Assembly: GCF_021869535.1 (NCBI RefSeq)
Contig: NW_026262593.1
Location: 54,002,001 to 54,066,000 of the forward strand
DNA length: 64,000 nucleotides
Direction of reading: 5' to 3'
Source: Mytilus californianus
Taxonomy: Eukaryota
The notes below the pieces were generated by a model. It did not search any database and had not been told where the DNA came from. It saw only the letters and a program-made list of their open reading frames with translations. Position numbers and translations under genes: made by a program. Shown in pieces: positions 36,590 through 49,990 of the stretch. Position 1 is the stretch's first letter, and every line of letters begins with the position of its first letter.

Positions 36590-37270
36590 TAAAACGTAAA
36601 GTAATAAAAATACCGAACTCGAAAGGAAATTTCAAACGAAAAGTTCCTTATCAAATGACAACCTCCAAAGCTTAAACACACCAAACGAATGGAAAACAAC
36701 TGCCATATTCCTTACTTTGTACAGGCATTTCCTATAGAAAATGGTTGATTAAGCCTGGTTTTATAGCTAGCTAAACCTGTCACTTGTATGACAGTGATAA
36801 TTCCTTTATATTGACAACAATGTATGAGCAAAAAATCAAAGACATAATAAGTAATAATTTGTCTCATTTGTGTGACATCGTAACAATTGTAAAAAAAAAA
36901 AAACAGTGGTTGGTAAATTCTGTAAATGTTTTGTACATATCCCGGAGTTTTGCAACGCAAACAATACATTATGCGTTTTCTCGTTGTTGAAGGGAGTAAC
37001 TTTTTCAAGAAAAAAAGTAAAATCGCAAAAATACTGAACTCCGAGGACAATTCAAAAAGGAAAGTATCTAATCAAATGGCAAAATCAAAAGCTCAAACAC
37101 ATCAAATGTATGGATAACAACTGTCATATTCCTGACTTGGTACAGGCATTTTCTTATGTAGAAAATGGTGGTTTGAACCTGGTTTTATAGCTAGCTAAAT
37201 CTCTCAGGTGTATGACAGTCGCATCAAATTCCATTATATTGACAACGATGAGTGAACAAAACAAACAGAC
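36590..37270 (-). repeat. Two tandem family A copies, each with a degenerate twister
   Basis: Copy at ~36698-36795 has catalytic G>C (36779) plus L4/P4 changes; copy at 37117-37222 has T1 GAT and a P2 mismatch. Equivalent sites are 424 nt apart. Confidence 0.75.
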
Positions 37271-40200
37271 TGTGCCACTGTATCAAAGCATTTAATGATA
37301 TTTCTGGCTTTGTTAAGATTAATTTTTTTCATTAAAATGTCAAACGTATTTAAAAGAATTTTCTCTTCCTTCATCCCTGTGTGATTTATAAGTATAGGCC
37401 AGATTTTGATCTTCTAAAAATAACAACTGTTTTTGCGAATTGAAAACTGTTGTATTCTCTTGATAGAATAATGACGGTTGAATATCATATTCACTCTGTT
37501 ATTTAATCGTGATCTCCGTTGGAAATTTTATGTAGTAGTTTGTAGTCCTATTTGTAGCATGTATTAAACAAAACCAGTAAGAATTAACTTTTTGGAATAT
37601 GTTAATTAATTTCAATCAACAACAAGGTTATAAAACCAAGGTTCCCTCTCTCCCGTAAAGGGTCTTTTGGTATATTTGAAATAACAACCTGGCATTTACA
37701 TGTTTGTGTTTATTTCAATATCACCAAGAGTCTTTATAATATAGTGACGATATCTTTTCACTTCCGTCTATTTCTATAACCATGTTTTGTTTGTTGGGCT
37801 ACAGCTTTGTAACCGGAGATTATAAACTTCTATCCTTAATGAATTACTTTACCAACCTGAGTTCGATCCCGACACCCCTGGAACAGTAAGCAACCACTAT
37901 AACAACTGATTTAAAGAAGTTACTTACTAACGCATCTTAGTGAGGCCGGTTGTATATCTATTACGTAAGGAGAAGCATCGCTACACGTAAGTTGTTACAA
38001 TGAAATCTAGTTAAACGTGCTCGTTCTTGCCTTCAATAGTTAAATACTTTCACATGTTGAAAAAGTGTCTGTATTTTCATATACTTCTAATATGATCATT
38101 TAATGAAAGATTTTATTTTATTTAATTTCCTTTATTAAGTTTGATCAACTTTAAAGAGTAAAACGAGACTATACCATAATCTGTAGAAATCACACAAGAT
38201 AACGTGCAAAGCTTTTTTTCTATATGTATTTGTCTTGAAAATGTTTAATATTTGAAGTCAATTAATTCTCATTTTTTAATAATGTTAACTACGAACATTC
38301 GAATATCCAGCCACTAGAAAATCTTATAAAGAATAAGCACACTTCATTGAAAGCCGAAATCTATGCCAAGCACACAACAAATCTAACAGTTGAAAATGAA
38401 GGCAATTTAATGATAATTTTAAAGAATAATTGACTGTACTTAAAAACATAGCAAACAAAAATTATTACACTGCTAAACCAGTTTTATCTGAAACAGTTAT
38501 TTTGATTTGAACAGCTCTTAATAGACTGAACAATAAAGTGTTCAGTTGTGTTCCGTCTTTCAGTTAAATTTCCGATTTATTCACTGAGGTATCGTCAGTA
38601 CTATTCAAACATATTTTGCTTGCAGATATTATAATATTTGTGATTTTTTTTTAAATCACAATTTCTAAAAAGGCAGGAGAATTATGAAAATGCTTTTGCT
38701 AATGTAGGAGGAAATTAAATAGGCTTAACACTGGCGTATTGAAAAATAAAATGAAATAATTTATTAATGAGACAAACAGACAAATACTGATTATATTCTT
38801 AAGAAAGAATACTTAATTATTGACATTGACCCTCATCTTGCTGTCAAAGAGATTACCATAATTATAGTTTGTTTTTCTTTTTTTTTATTTACCAAGACAC
38901 AGTAACTTGACCGTTACAGCATAAACATTTGAATAGAAATGGGTAATCTGTCAAAGAGACAACAACCCGACCAAAGAGCAGAAAACATCCCAAGGCCACC
39001 AATGGATCTCCAACACAGGGAAAAAAATCCACACCCAGAGGCGGGCTTCACCGGACACCTAAGCAAAAATGTGCACTAGTTCACTGAAAATGGACGTCGC
39101 ACTAAACTCCGAAACATATAAATGAACTACAATTTTTAAAAAAAAAACATACAAGATTAACACTATTCAATATACATGTATTTACATGTGACAAAAATAG
39201 TGAAAACGACAGTGACAACAACAACATATAACAAATTAAGAAAATAAATAAATAACCAGAAAAGCAAAAAAAAATCTGCTAGCCGAACATGATTTACCAG
39301 CCTTTTTACATATCTTTTTTTTTCTTTTAGAAAATATCCTCAATTCCGTACCAATTAGTTCTGCTTGTGGTGTTGTTTGGTTCTATTTGCTTCATTATGG
39401 ATTATAAAGTAGACATTATACATCTGATATATATTTTCTCGTGATATTTGAAAATTTGCTTTAGAATCACGTTTTCTGAAAAGAAATGAAAAGACCATTC
39501 TTTTGATAATGTAGGAGGAAATTGAATAGGCTTAACACTGGTGTACTGAAAACTAAAAAGAAATAATTCATTAATGAAATCCAAGGAGACAAAGACTGAT
39601 AAAAATCTAAAGAAAATAAATTCGATTATTGACATTGACCCTCATCTTGCTCTCAACGAGATTACCATTATAAAAGTGTTTTGTTATCTAACCTAGACAC
39701 AGTATACTGACAGCTACAACATGTAAACATTCAACATACATGTATTTACATGTGACAAAAATAGCGACAAATACAGTGACAACAACAGAAAAACAAATTA
39801 AGAAAATGAATAAATAAACAGAAAAGCTAAAAAGTACCCCTATTAGCCGAACATCTTATACCAGCCTTATTGTTTTACATGTCTTTTTTAACATTTAATT
39901 CCCTACCATTTAGTTTTGTTTGTGGTGTATGGTTCTAATCATTCCACTAAGGATTATATAGTAGTCATCATAAATTAGAAATTTATTGTAATGAAAAATT
40001 TGTAAAAAAAATATCATGTGCATTTTCTATAAAGAAATAAGAAGAATATTTTTTAATTAATAACGGACGCAATTGAAAAGGCTTAACACTGGTATACTGA
40101 AACATCATAGAAAATGATTTTTTAATGAGATTTAAACAAAGACTGATTAAATTCTAAAGAAAAAAGAACTCGATTAATGACTCGTATCGTTCTCTCAAAG

Positions 40201-40533
40201 AGATTAGCATAATGATTGTATTATCTTAATTTACCACGACACAGTATCTTGGTAGATATAAATTCCATAACAAAAATAACGACAACTACATTTGCAGCAA
40301 CAGAAAAACAAATTACGAAAATAAATAAACAAATAAACAGAAAAACAAAAAGTTCCCCTGCTAGCGGAACAAGTTTTATCAGCCTCTGTCCTTTTACGTG
40401 TCTTTTTGTCAAAAGGAAAAACCTTAAATTCCCTACTAATTTGTTTTATTTGTGATTTCATTTGATCCTATTTGTCACATTATAGATAAGAAAGTAGACA
40501 TTATAAATCTGAATTATATTATCATGTGATATT

Positions 40534-41360
40534 GTTCATCTCAGTACCAGAATCTATGACAAACGAGACGATTTTAGTTTTGAAAGTATCAATTTCCCCC
40601 ACCTCAGTAGCAATATACCAACTTCACCTGTATATACATTTCCCAACTTATTCGGTATTCAAGCGCTAACAGCTGCTACTCACACTTTGTTAAACGTCAA
40701 CAGTGTCTTAGCAGAAAATTGATGAACCAATGATATGTCAAGGAACATCTCGTCTTTTTTCTAAAAAATGTTCAATAGTGTTCTTTTATTTGTCTTTGTA
40801 AATTATTACTTTTACTGTTAAGTCTATTTTTGGTAATATTGATTTGACGTGGCTTGGTACTTATACATTCCGTCATTGTGTTATTGTGCTATTGTAAATT
40901 CTTGTATTCTTGTCTTTCGTTTTTGCTTGTGTGCTTTGTTTAAATGCCTTTTTATTTTTCTTTGGCGCATTTGTTTGTTTTATAGTGATTAACACAATTT
41001 TGAATGCTGTACCTTTATTTTTTACATTTTTACCTGTTATGGCTGTTTGTTTTATTCAATGTTGAATGCTGTACCTTTATTTTTGACATTTTTACCTATT
41101 ATGGCTGTTTGTTTTATTTACACATCGTTGTCAATATAATGGAATTTTATGCGACTGTCATACAAGTGAGAGGTTTAGCTAGCTATAAAACCAGGTTTAA
41201 TCCACCATTTTCTACATAAGAAAATGTCTGTACCAAGTCAGGAATACGACAGTTGTCATCCATTCGTTTGATGTGTTTGAGCTTTTGATTTTGCCATTTG
41301 ATCAGGGACTCTCCGTTTTGCATTTTCCTTGGAGTTCAGTATTTTTTTTTATTTAACTTT
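40534..41360 (+). mobile_element. 5'-truncated PLE-type retroelement (family A): RT C-terminus plus 3' region with twister
   Basis: VHLSTRIYDKRDDFSFESINFPHLSSNIPTSP...KRQQCLSRKLMNQ followed by the same 3' sequence as 17430-17990 (minus); the array unit is continuous across the insertion. Confidence 0.85.
41151..41256 (+). ncRNA. Type-P5 twister ribozyme, family A
   Basis: P5 GCGACTGTCATA/TACGACAGTTGT (1 mismatch); P2 TC/GA; G41170-A41171; T1 ACC/GGT; T2 AC/GT; P3 CATTTTCT/AGAAAATG; P4 TCTG/CAGG. Predicted cleavage T41198/A41199. Confidence 0.72.
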
Positions 41361-42148
41361 TTGTAAATTTTTCTTTGAAATCACGTTTTCTAAAAAGAAA
41401 TAAGAAGAAAATTCTTTTGATACTACAGGAGGAAATTAAATAGGCTTTAATCTGGGGCGTTGAAAAATAAAAGGAAATCAGATCAAAAAAGACAAAGACT
41501 GATTAAATTCTAAACATTTTAAACTCGATTATTGACATTGACCCTCATCTTGCTCTCAAAGAGATTACCATGATTGTTACTTTTAGTTCCCTACCAATTA
41601 GTTTTGTTTGTGGTGTTGTTTGGTTCTATTCGTTCCATTTAGGATTATTAAGTAGTCAATATAAATTGGAAATATATTGTAATGTGAAATTTGTAAAACA
41701 AAAGTTGAATTACATTTTCTGTAAAGAAATAAGAAGAAAATGCTTTAGCTAATGCCAGGGGGAAATTGAAAAGGCTCAACACTATCGTACTGAAAACTAA
41801 AATGAAATAATTCATTAATGAGATCAAAACAGACAAAGACTGACAAAATTCTAAAGAAAAAAACCTCGATAATTGACATTGACCCTAATCTTGCTCTCAA
41901 AGAGATTACCATAATAATAGTGTTATCTCAATTTACCTCGACACAGTATATTGGCAGCTTTAAATTTAATATACATGTATTTACTCATGACAAAATAACG
42001 ACAAAGACAGTAACAACAACAACAGAAAAACAAATTAAGAAAATAAACAAATAAACAGAAAAGCAAAAAAGGACCCCTGCTAGCGGAACAAGTTTTATCG
42101 ACCGGATTGTTTTACATGTCTTTTTTTTACTTAGAAATAACCTTCAAT

Positions 42149-42276
42149 TAAGAATTGAATGCTTCTTTTTGTAAATTCATTGGGGTGTAAAAGCGTTGAC
42201 CGAAGTACAAAAAATGTACGCACGATCAACGCTTTTACAACGCTATGAAATTACTAAAAGAAGCATTCAATACTTA
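42149..42276. repeat. 128-nt imperfect palindrome at the end of an inserted element
   Basis: ATTGAATGCTTCTTTT/AAAAGAAGCATTCAAT, TGTAAAAGCGTTGA/TCAACGCTTTTACA and GTAC/GTAC around a 7-nt loop. Confidence 0.85.
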
Positions 42277-43348
42277 TAATTACATTTTTTCGTTATGATC
42301 ATGAAAACACGATTACTACCAAGGTTTTCTTTTATTTACCTGTGCACTTTATTGTGGAAACGTGTGTCATCATGTATGATTCAATTCATGCAATTCATTT
42401 TGAAATGAAGAATGACGCGAGATAGCTGTTAGCCAATCAAAATAATGTATAATAATGAAACATACATCTAATGTAACTATAAACCTACCAGCTAGTTTTG
42501 TTTGTGGTGTTGTTTGGTTCTATTCGTTCCATTTAGGATTATAAAGTAGTCATGATAAATTGGAAATAAATTGTAATGTGAAATTTGTAATTTTTTCTTT
42601 CGAATCACGTTATTTGAGAAATAAGTAGACAATGCTTTAGCTAATGCAGTAGGAAATTGAAAAGACTTATCACTGCCATACTGAAACAACAAAGAAAATG
42701 TTTCATTAATGAGATTCAAACAGACCAAGACTGATTAAATTCTAAAGAAAGGAGAAACTCATTTATTGACATTGCCCTTTTTCCTGCTCTCAAAGAAAAT
42801 AGCATAATAATAGTGTTTTGTTAATCTAACTCGATTAAATCATCTTGGCAGCTTTAAATTTAATATACATGTATTAGGAATAAAGTTTACTTGAGTGATT
42901 ACCTTTCGAAAGTATTTCATTTTCATGTTAATAAGCATTATAAGCGTTGATGAAAAACTATGTCTATAAAAAATGAAGAATTGAAATATGTTTATAAATT
43001 TTTATAAAAACCTGGCTAGAGTGCGTTTTGTTGTATTAGTTTTAAATCGGGTTTTTTGTTGTGTTATTGTAGGATTTCCGTTATAAGAAGTCTAAGAAAT
43101 CTAAGAAAAGCACACACAATAAATATCAAACCCCAAACGGTATGAAAGAATTCAGTCATATAAAATGACAAAACCTAAATTCCAAATGAAGACAAATTCA
43201 TAACGAAAATCACATTCCCGCTTTTAAGAGTATACCTCTTGTTGACAAATGTACCAATGAACCAATTTAAACATTCAGATTTTAATTGTTCCATCCAACA
43301 GGCTTTTGATTTAGATACGTTGTTTCCTTTCCATCCTCTATTCATTTT

Positions 43349-44086
43349 GATTTAATCAGTTTCTAATTTGATCAATAGAAAATGCTACAAGATGTTAGCT
43401 ACTTTGTTTCATTAATAAGGCACTGCAATATTCATTTGCATGACATGTATTTGCGGCTAATATATTCAATCCGGATGTTTTTTTCTTTTCGCTTGATTTT
43501 TTCTTTCAATTTATCATATTCAACCAATTTCTTTTCCTGTTTGTTGAAATGTTCACGTGTGAAAGAATAATCAAATATCTTACTTAAAATGTTAATCAAC
43601 TTAAAATGTGTGTTTCTTAATAAAATGTTCAATACAACATGTTGTATTGTGAATTGTAATCAGTACGGAAAGATCACTGTCATACGATTCCTTGTGACGT
43701 AGGGGACAGCCATTTGATATCCTGCAAAGAGAATGTATGGTGCAGGAGGATTTTGAAAGTGAATATTCTTGCCTGGTAAATCCATAAAAGAATATTCCGT
43801 CAGAAAAAGTTCCACCTCGCCCCTAGAGTAAAAAACGGTCGTCCCGTTTAAAGGAACTAGACACTTTTTTATTTTTTTTTCGATTTAATCAGTTTCCAAT
43901 TTGATCAATAGAAAATGCTACAAGATGTTAGCTACTTTGTTTCATTAATAAGGAACTGCAATATTCATTTGCATGATATGTATTTGCGGCTTATATATTC
44001 AATCCGGATGTTTTTTTCCTTTTGCTTGATTTTTTCTTTCAATTTGTCATATTCAACCAATTTCTTTTCCTGTTTGTCGAAATGTT
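43349..44086. repeat. 205-bp near-identical direct repeats (43349-43553, 43882-44086)
   Basis: Offset 533 bp at both ends; explains the twin ORFs at 43382 and 43915. Confidence 0.9.
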
Positions 44087-44399
44087 TGCTTTGGATAAAG
44101 AATCAGTTTAAGCCTCGTATCAAATCGTAGCATTATACTGAAATAATGATTTGTATTTTTGTGGCCATATAAGTTGAGTGATCGAGTTAAGAAACAATTG
44201 TTAAGAAAAAATGTATGAAACATAAAAAAAAACATGTGAATATATACATTATGCATAGATATATATGTCAAGCAAAATATGCTTGTCAATAAACTGAGGT
44301 ATCGGAATACATTGAAGATTCCTATAAAGCAGCAGCTGCACTCTGCATTCTTTTATTGATATTTCAAAAATCATTCATTAACATGCCCAATTTGTTAAA

Positions 44400-44620
44400 A
44401 AGAGGCGAAAGATGCCAAAGGAACATTCAAACTTATAAGTCGAAAATAAACTGACAACGCCATGGCAAAAAAAAAAGAGTAAGGCAAAAAGACAAACAAC
44501 AGTTTACAACACACAACATAGAAAACTAAATACTGAGCAACACGAACCCCACCAAAAACCGGGGATCTGATCTCAGGTGCTCCGGAATGGTTAGCACATC
44601 CTACTCCACATGTGACACCT
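44400..44620 (-). repeat. Family D repeat (3' end of PLE-type element)
   Basis: GCAACACGAACCCCACCAAAAA...CAGGTGCTCCGG is the reverse complement of the 27077-27270 region; further fragments at ~50-90 and ~56175-56280. Confidence 0.65.
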
Positions 44621-44737
44621 GTGTCATATTGTTAATAGCATTACTAAAACAAAAGTTGTATGATTACCTATGAGACAACTATTCGACATGTAGGGATCAA
44701 AGGACAAAGATGTAAACAACTTATGTTATCAACTTAA

Positions 44738-45127
44738 GGGTGTTCGCTCCTCTCGTTTTTGAATTTTTGCCAGATATTCGGAATCCTCTGGTTTTATCCA
44801 TGTAGTGCCATTAAAAAAAATTCCCCACTAACCCCTACTTTTCTTTTCATAAATTTATTACATATAGTTTAAAATGCCATATTTGAAAATGCTATAAAAT
44901 CCTTGTTATTTTTTCATATATTTTTTAAGAAAAAGTGTACCAATGTTAAATATATGAAAAGTCAAGAGAGAATTATTTCCCGCCAAATTTTCAATGGCTT
45001 ATATCTCGAAAACAGGCACACGGACCCTTAATTTTTTTCTGCTTTTTCAGTTCCTTTATTTATATACTAACAATTTATAACAGTCTTTTAAAAAGCTTGT
45101 TATTTTGAAACAGAGTAGCGAACATCC
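44738..45127. mobile_element. MITE with TTAA target duplication (Kolobok-like GG...CC termini)
   Basis: TTAA|GG(G/A)TGTTCGCT(C/A)CTCT at both ends, with TTAA at 44734-44737 and 45128-45131; a truncated copy lies at 54561-54830. Confidence 0.75.
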
Positions 45128-47249
45128 TTAATCCTTAAGGACACTGCACAGTCGTTAACAATGAGTAATATGTAGTATTGTGTCTTTTGTCTATTCCAAT
45201 TCTTTTCTGTTTATTGCAACATTTTGAATTTTCCTTTTCTGTCTTTTCAAACATTTTAAATATTCTTTTTCTGTCTATTCCAACATGGAAAGTACAATAG
45301 ATATTATTGAAAGTTATGTTCATTGAGTCATAAGTGTCTAATTGAATAACTGTTAAACTTACCTGTTAAAAGTAAAGAATAACAAAATCATACTTAAAGT
45401 AAAAGTAATGGTTAATAAATGAATACATTTTATTCCTTGAATTCTGAATATATAATGATTGAATAATGAATAGAATTTGATTTGTTTACGAAATTCAGAT
45501 TTATCAAGTTGTTACAATTTCAGTGTTCAAATAGACAAATAATAATCTAGTATTAACTAATCTTCTAGCTTCAGCATCAAACAAAAATGATTCTTCACTA
45601 TGGACAAGTTATAATTTATTTCAAAAGGGATTTCATCATTAAAGATGATAAACTATTTATAACAAAATCATTAATAACTTAATTATGAATAGTGCTGTAA
45701 TATGACTATTAAGTTAAACCAAGCAAAATAATTTTGAGCATATTGACTAAGACTTTGTGAATCATCTGTGACAACTTAGTATTTTCTAAAGACAATTTAG
45801 TGCTTCAAGGTTCATTTAAACATTAATCGGTCAAATATCTTTATCGAATTTCTCCAATATGATCGACTTAAAATAATTAATCTCGAAAAATTTGACAACG
45901 ACAACCGGAAGACAACTAACACAATATGTATATATTTATAGCTATTTGAAGCCGTAAATAGATACTATATTAACTGTTATTTCGAGCAATTCAATTCAAA
46001 GGAATGGATACGAAAAAAAGAAAAATCCATATTAAATAGCAACGTAAACAATTATCATTTGACTTGACAAAACAGTATTTATTTGAGCAAGAGAGAAGAA
46101 CTTAGAGAAATATATAACCCAGCGGAAGTTCTACACTTAAAGCATCAATCAATATAAAGTGTAGCGCATTCATGCGCATAGATTTATTAACTCTTGTCGG
46201 TGTTCGTATTAACCTTACGCCATGTTACTATATTTGAATTAATCAGCATACCTCCGAATTTATTTGTTATAAATCTAATTGTAAATAATACGATTAGTGG
46301 TTCAATCTATGAAACTTAATTGGAGATTCGTGCAATTCTGCTTCCGTGTTTGTTGATGAAAGGACATGTGGGGATATGTGGGCGATGCAACTACAAAAAT
46401 AACAAATACAGAAAAGTCATTAACATAGTTTTGACGAAAATTCATTGTCGTTAAGAGCAATTTTTTAATTAATCAAACTTTATGAAATTCGGTGAAAAAG
46501 AATTATAACAACAACTTTAGTATTTTTCGATCTCTTAACCCAAACATTGTAACGTTCACAATAAAAAAAAACTTTGTTCAGTAACTTCATTTTTAGCAGC
46601 AACCTTCTGTTAAGGAAAATCTATTCCGATACTAAAAACTATAGTTAATTGAACAAAAGAGATGTAATTGAACAAAAGAGATGACTATAAATGAAATACT
46701 TGAATGTCAAGCAAGACCAATACAATTTTATAATACTACGAAATGAGTTATACAAATCCATCTTATTGATATCCTACATTATTGTTTTTGTTTTTCAATT
46801 TTTGGTTTTTACAATACACTCTACAAGAAAGCAATACGCTAGATTCTAATCTTCTTTTTTTCTGTCAAAGTATTGTTTTAATACGACGCTATATTACGTC
46901 ATTTGTTAGCTTATTTGGGTTAAAATCTAAATCAGAAATCTGAAAAAAGGGATGAATTTTTTTGTTAGGATAATTTCCGTCTCCGGACTTTGATAAATGT
47001 GATAAATTATTTAATTTCTATAGAGGTTCTTCATTAAATGTCAAGCAAAAATACTAATCTTTTAAGTTGATAGAAATTAGGACCTAGTTTACTTAACACA
47101 TTTCAATTATTGACGTCTATAAAAAAAGAGTAAAAGAGTTGTTCTGGTAATGGAAATGATATGATTTAAACGTCTTAGAAATGCTAAGTAGAAACTTTAT
47201 GATGATTGATAGAAATATCAACAGGCAATGTAAAAAGTAATTCTTTTTT

Positions 47250-49990
47250 AGATGTGTATGGTGTTGTGTGGACAATACTCCCTGTATTTAAACATTATAT
47301 GCAATATAAATACGTTTATCGTCCAGTTTTATTTTAATATAACAAAATTATGTTTGTTGATATTTTTTTCATACAGTTAAGTATTCGCAGGAAAGAGATG
47401 TCAATTTGGGCAGGAAGCAAATGTTATCAAGCTTTAATTTACAGTAAAACACATTAAAAACTATTGATTTGATATCATCATTATATTTTGTTTTATTATG
47501 TTAAAAAGAATAGGCTGAAAAATGAATTGCATATTGACAGGAAAATATTTTGAAAGATTATCGAGTAACAAGTATCAAACACTTTTAAAGTAAATTATAA
47601 TCAATAAACCATCAATTTTAAAATTAATATTTATTGATAGAAACGCCTAACCATTACGTTTACTAGGTTAAATAGCTAAGAAAAAAAGTTTCTTTGATTT
47701 CAAGTGTCATGTGTTATTAATAAATACATAAAAAATATATCTATTTAAACTTGAATTTGTCCTTACCAAATATCTAAGGAATAAACTTAAAAAATTTTGC
47801 ATAATTAATTACGCAACACTTAAAATCCAGCGAGGTTGAAATTTTGTAATTTATTTTACTGACAGGGGGTTCGATATCCGTGCTGATTTACTATAGGTCA
47901 TTACAATATATGATAAAAAAAAAAACCAAAGCACCGACTATCATCAGTAAGATGCATGTTTTGTTCTGAAACTTCAAATATACATTTGTAGTGTATTTAA
48001 ACCTCTTACGTTTCTTCTAGAATAGCTATCATATCGGTGAGCCTATGACCGTTATCATACTTTTTATAACGTTAACTTCAATAGATTTGTCTGCTTTCTT
48101 GCTATGTTTCTCTCATGGTATAAAATCGAAAGTCATAATTTTGACAATTATTCACAAAAGTGGAGAGAATAAAGTATGATTGTGTTTCATTATTTACCAT
48201 GATAAATCGACGATCACGATAACACGAAATCGCTCAATAGCTCTGCTTACGCATTATCATAAAATATGGGACTGAAGCCACATAATAAACTCATTAATCA
48301 CTTGTATTTACTTTTTTATATTATCGAAGATTTAATAGTAAAAATGGTAAAAAGGGTTTTAGGCTTTTAATTTTTTATATTTTATATAAATATTGAGCCT
48401 AAGAAAAAACGCTTTAATTGAATGTACCTTTAATTTATATAATAGTGGTAGGAAAAAAGAATTATACAACTCAATATCGTCATACTTCACTTTAAGGTTT
48501 AAAAATATGCTATATATGTTATCATTTTACAACATATCAAAATTCAAAGAGTATCACAAAAAATATTTTCATGTGTCAGGTTTTATGTGAGCTTGTTTAA
48601 TTATAAAAATATGAACTGGTGTAGCGGGAACAATAGAAAGCTTCTTTTTACAAAAGATAACAAACTCAAATGTTGTTTACGTCGGTTTGCATACTGTTTA
48701 AAACAAGTTTAGGAACCACTATCATACATTTTAAAAATATTATCTGTGAAAAAAAAATGTTATTCAAAATCTACGTGCAAATCATAGTGCCTAGTTTTCA
48801 TTATGTATCGAGGGGTCCTCTTAGAAATATAAAATAATGAAAATGTTATGATTTTCAATGCGACAACTATCTAATAGAGTTTAAATGGTGAAGATAAAAG
48901 CAATTACCGGACATCAGAGATGGCATTCTAAATAAGCCTGATGTTCTTTGGACAAAACTCCTGCATATAAACATTATATGAAATATAAATACGCCTGATG
49001 GAACAGTTTCATATTAATAGCAAATTATATTTAAATAAATCAAGTCGCTTAGTTTTGTCTGTAAATATATACCAATTTGCACAGGAAGCAGAGGTTATTA
49101 AGATTTAGTTTACACTACAACACAGTAAAGATTTTGTATCATCTTTATATTATATTTTATTATGTTAATAAAATAGGCTGAAAATGAATTGTACATTGAT
49201 AGGAAAATAATTTAAAAGATTATCGAGTAACAAGTTTCAAACACTTTAAAAGATAGTTATGACCAATAAACCATCAAATTTCAATTTTAATTTTTTTATT
49301 GATAGAAAAGGCTAAACATTAAGTATTCTAGGTTAAATATCTAAACAAAAATTTATTTAATTTCAAGTATCATGTGTATTTAATACAAACATAACAGAAT
49401 TATTTGGACTTGAATTCGTCCTAACCAAATATTTTCGGGATAAACTAAGAAAATTCTGCATAATTTAATAGATCATCAAGAAACCTTTACTAAACACGTT
49501 TAAAGATAATTATAATCCATAATTCATCAATTTTGAATTCATTTATATTGAAAGTAAAGGCTTATCATTACCTATTGTAGGTTAAATATCTCAGCAAAAG
49601 ATTGTCAAAGTAATTTAATTTCGAGTGCCATGTGTAACTAATAACAACATACAAACAGTATCTGTTTGAAATTGAATTTAAAATGTTTAAAAAGAAGATA
49701 TATGTGTTATAATTTAACTAGATATTAAAATTAAAAGAGTATCACAAAAATTAAAAAGATGTTTCAGGGTTTATCTGAGCTTGTTTAAGTTATATATTTA
49801 TAAACTATGTAGCGGAAACAACAGAAAAGTAACTCTAATTACTAAGATAACAAAATCTAATGATGTTTACGTCGGTTTCCATACTTCGAAACCACAGTCC
49901 TACATTTTTGAAAGATTATCTGTGGAAAATGTCATTTAAATCATACATGAAAATGCATTGTGCCTTTGTTTTCAACAATAAACGGAGAAC
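47250..49990. repeat. Diverged local duplications
   Basis: ~47290-47805 matches ~48970-49465 (e.g. AAGATTATCGAGTAACAAGT in both), and ~48540-48860 matches ~49730-49990. Confidence 0.7.

Larger units (their letters stand above)
38640..42875. repeat. Degenerate tandem array, ~550-bp unit, six copies, interrupted by three insertions
   Basis: Marker ...GGAAATT(A/G)AA(T/A)AG(G/A)CT at ~38700, 39510, 40065, 41425, 41750 and 42645; ATTGACATTGACCCTCATCTTGCT(C/G)TCAA recurs. Insertions at ~38930-39160, 40534-41360 and ~42146-42485. Confidence 0.85.

Noticed and set aside
43382-44289. Twin ORFs and a Lys/Glu-rich minus-strand peptide (KQEKKLVEYDKLKEKIK) as coiled-coil exons
   Set aside because: Explained by a 205-bp direct repeat in AT-rich DNA; no consistent splice sites or partner exons were found.
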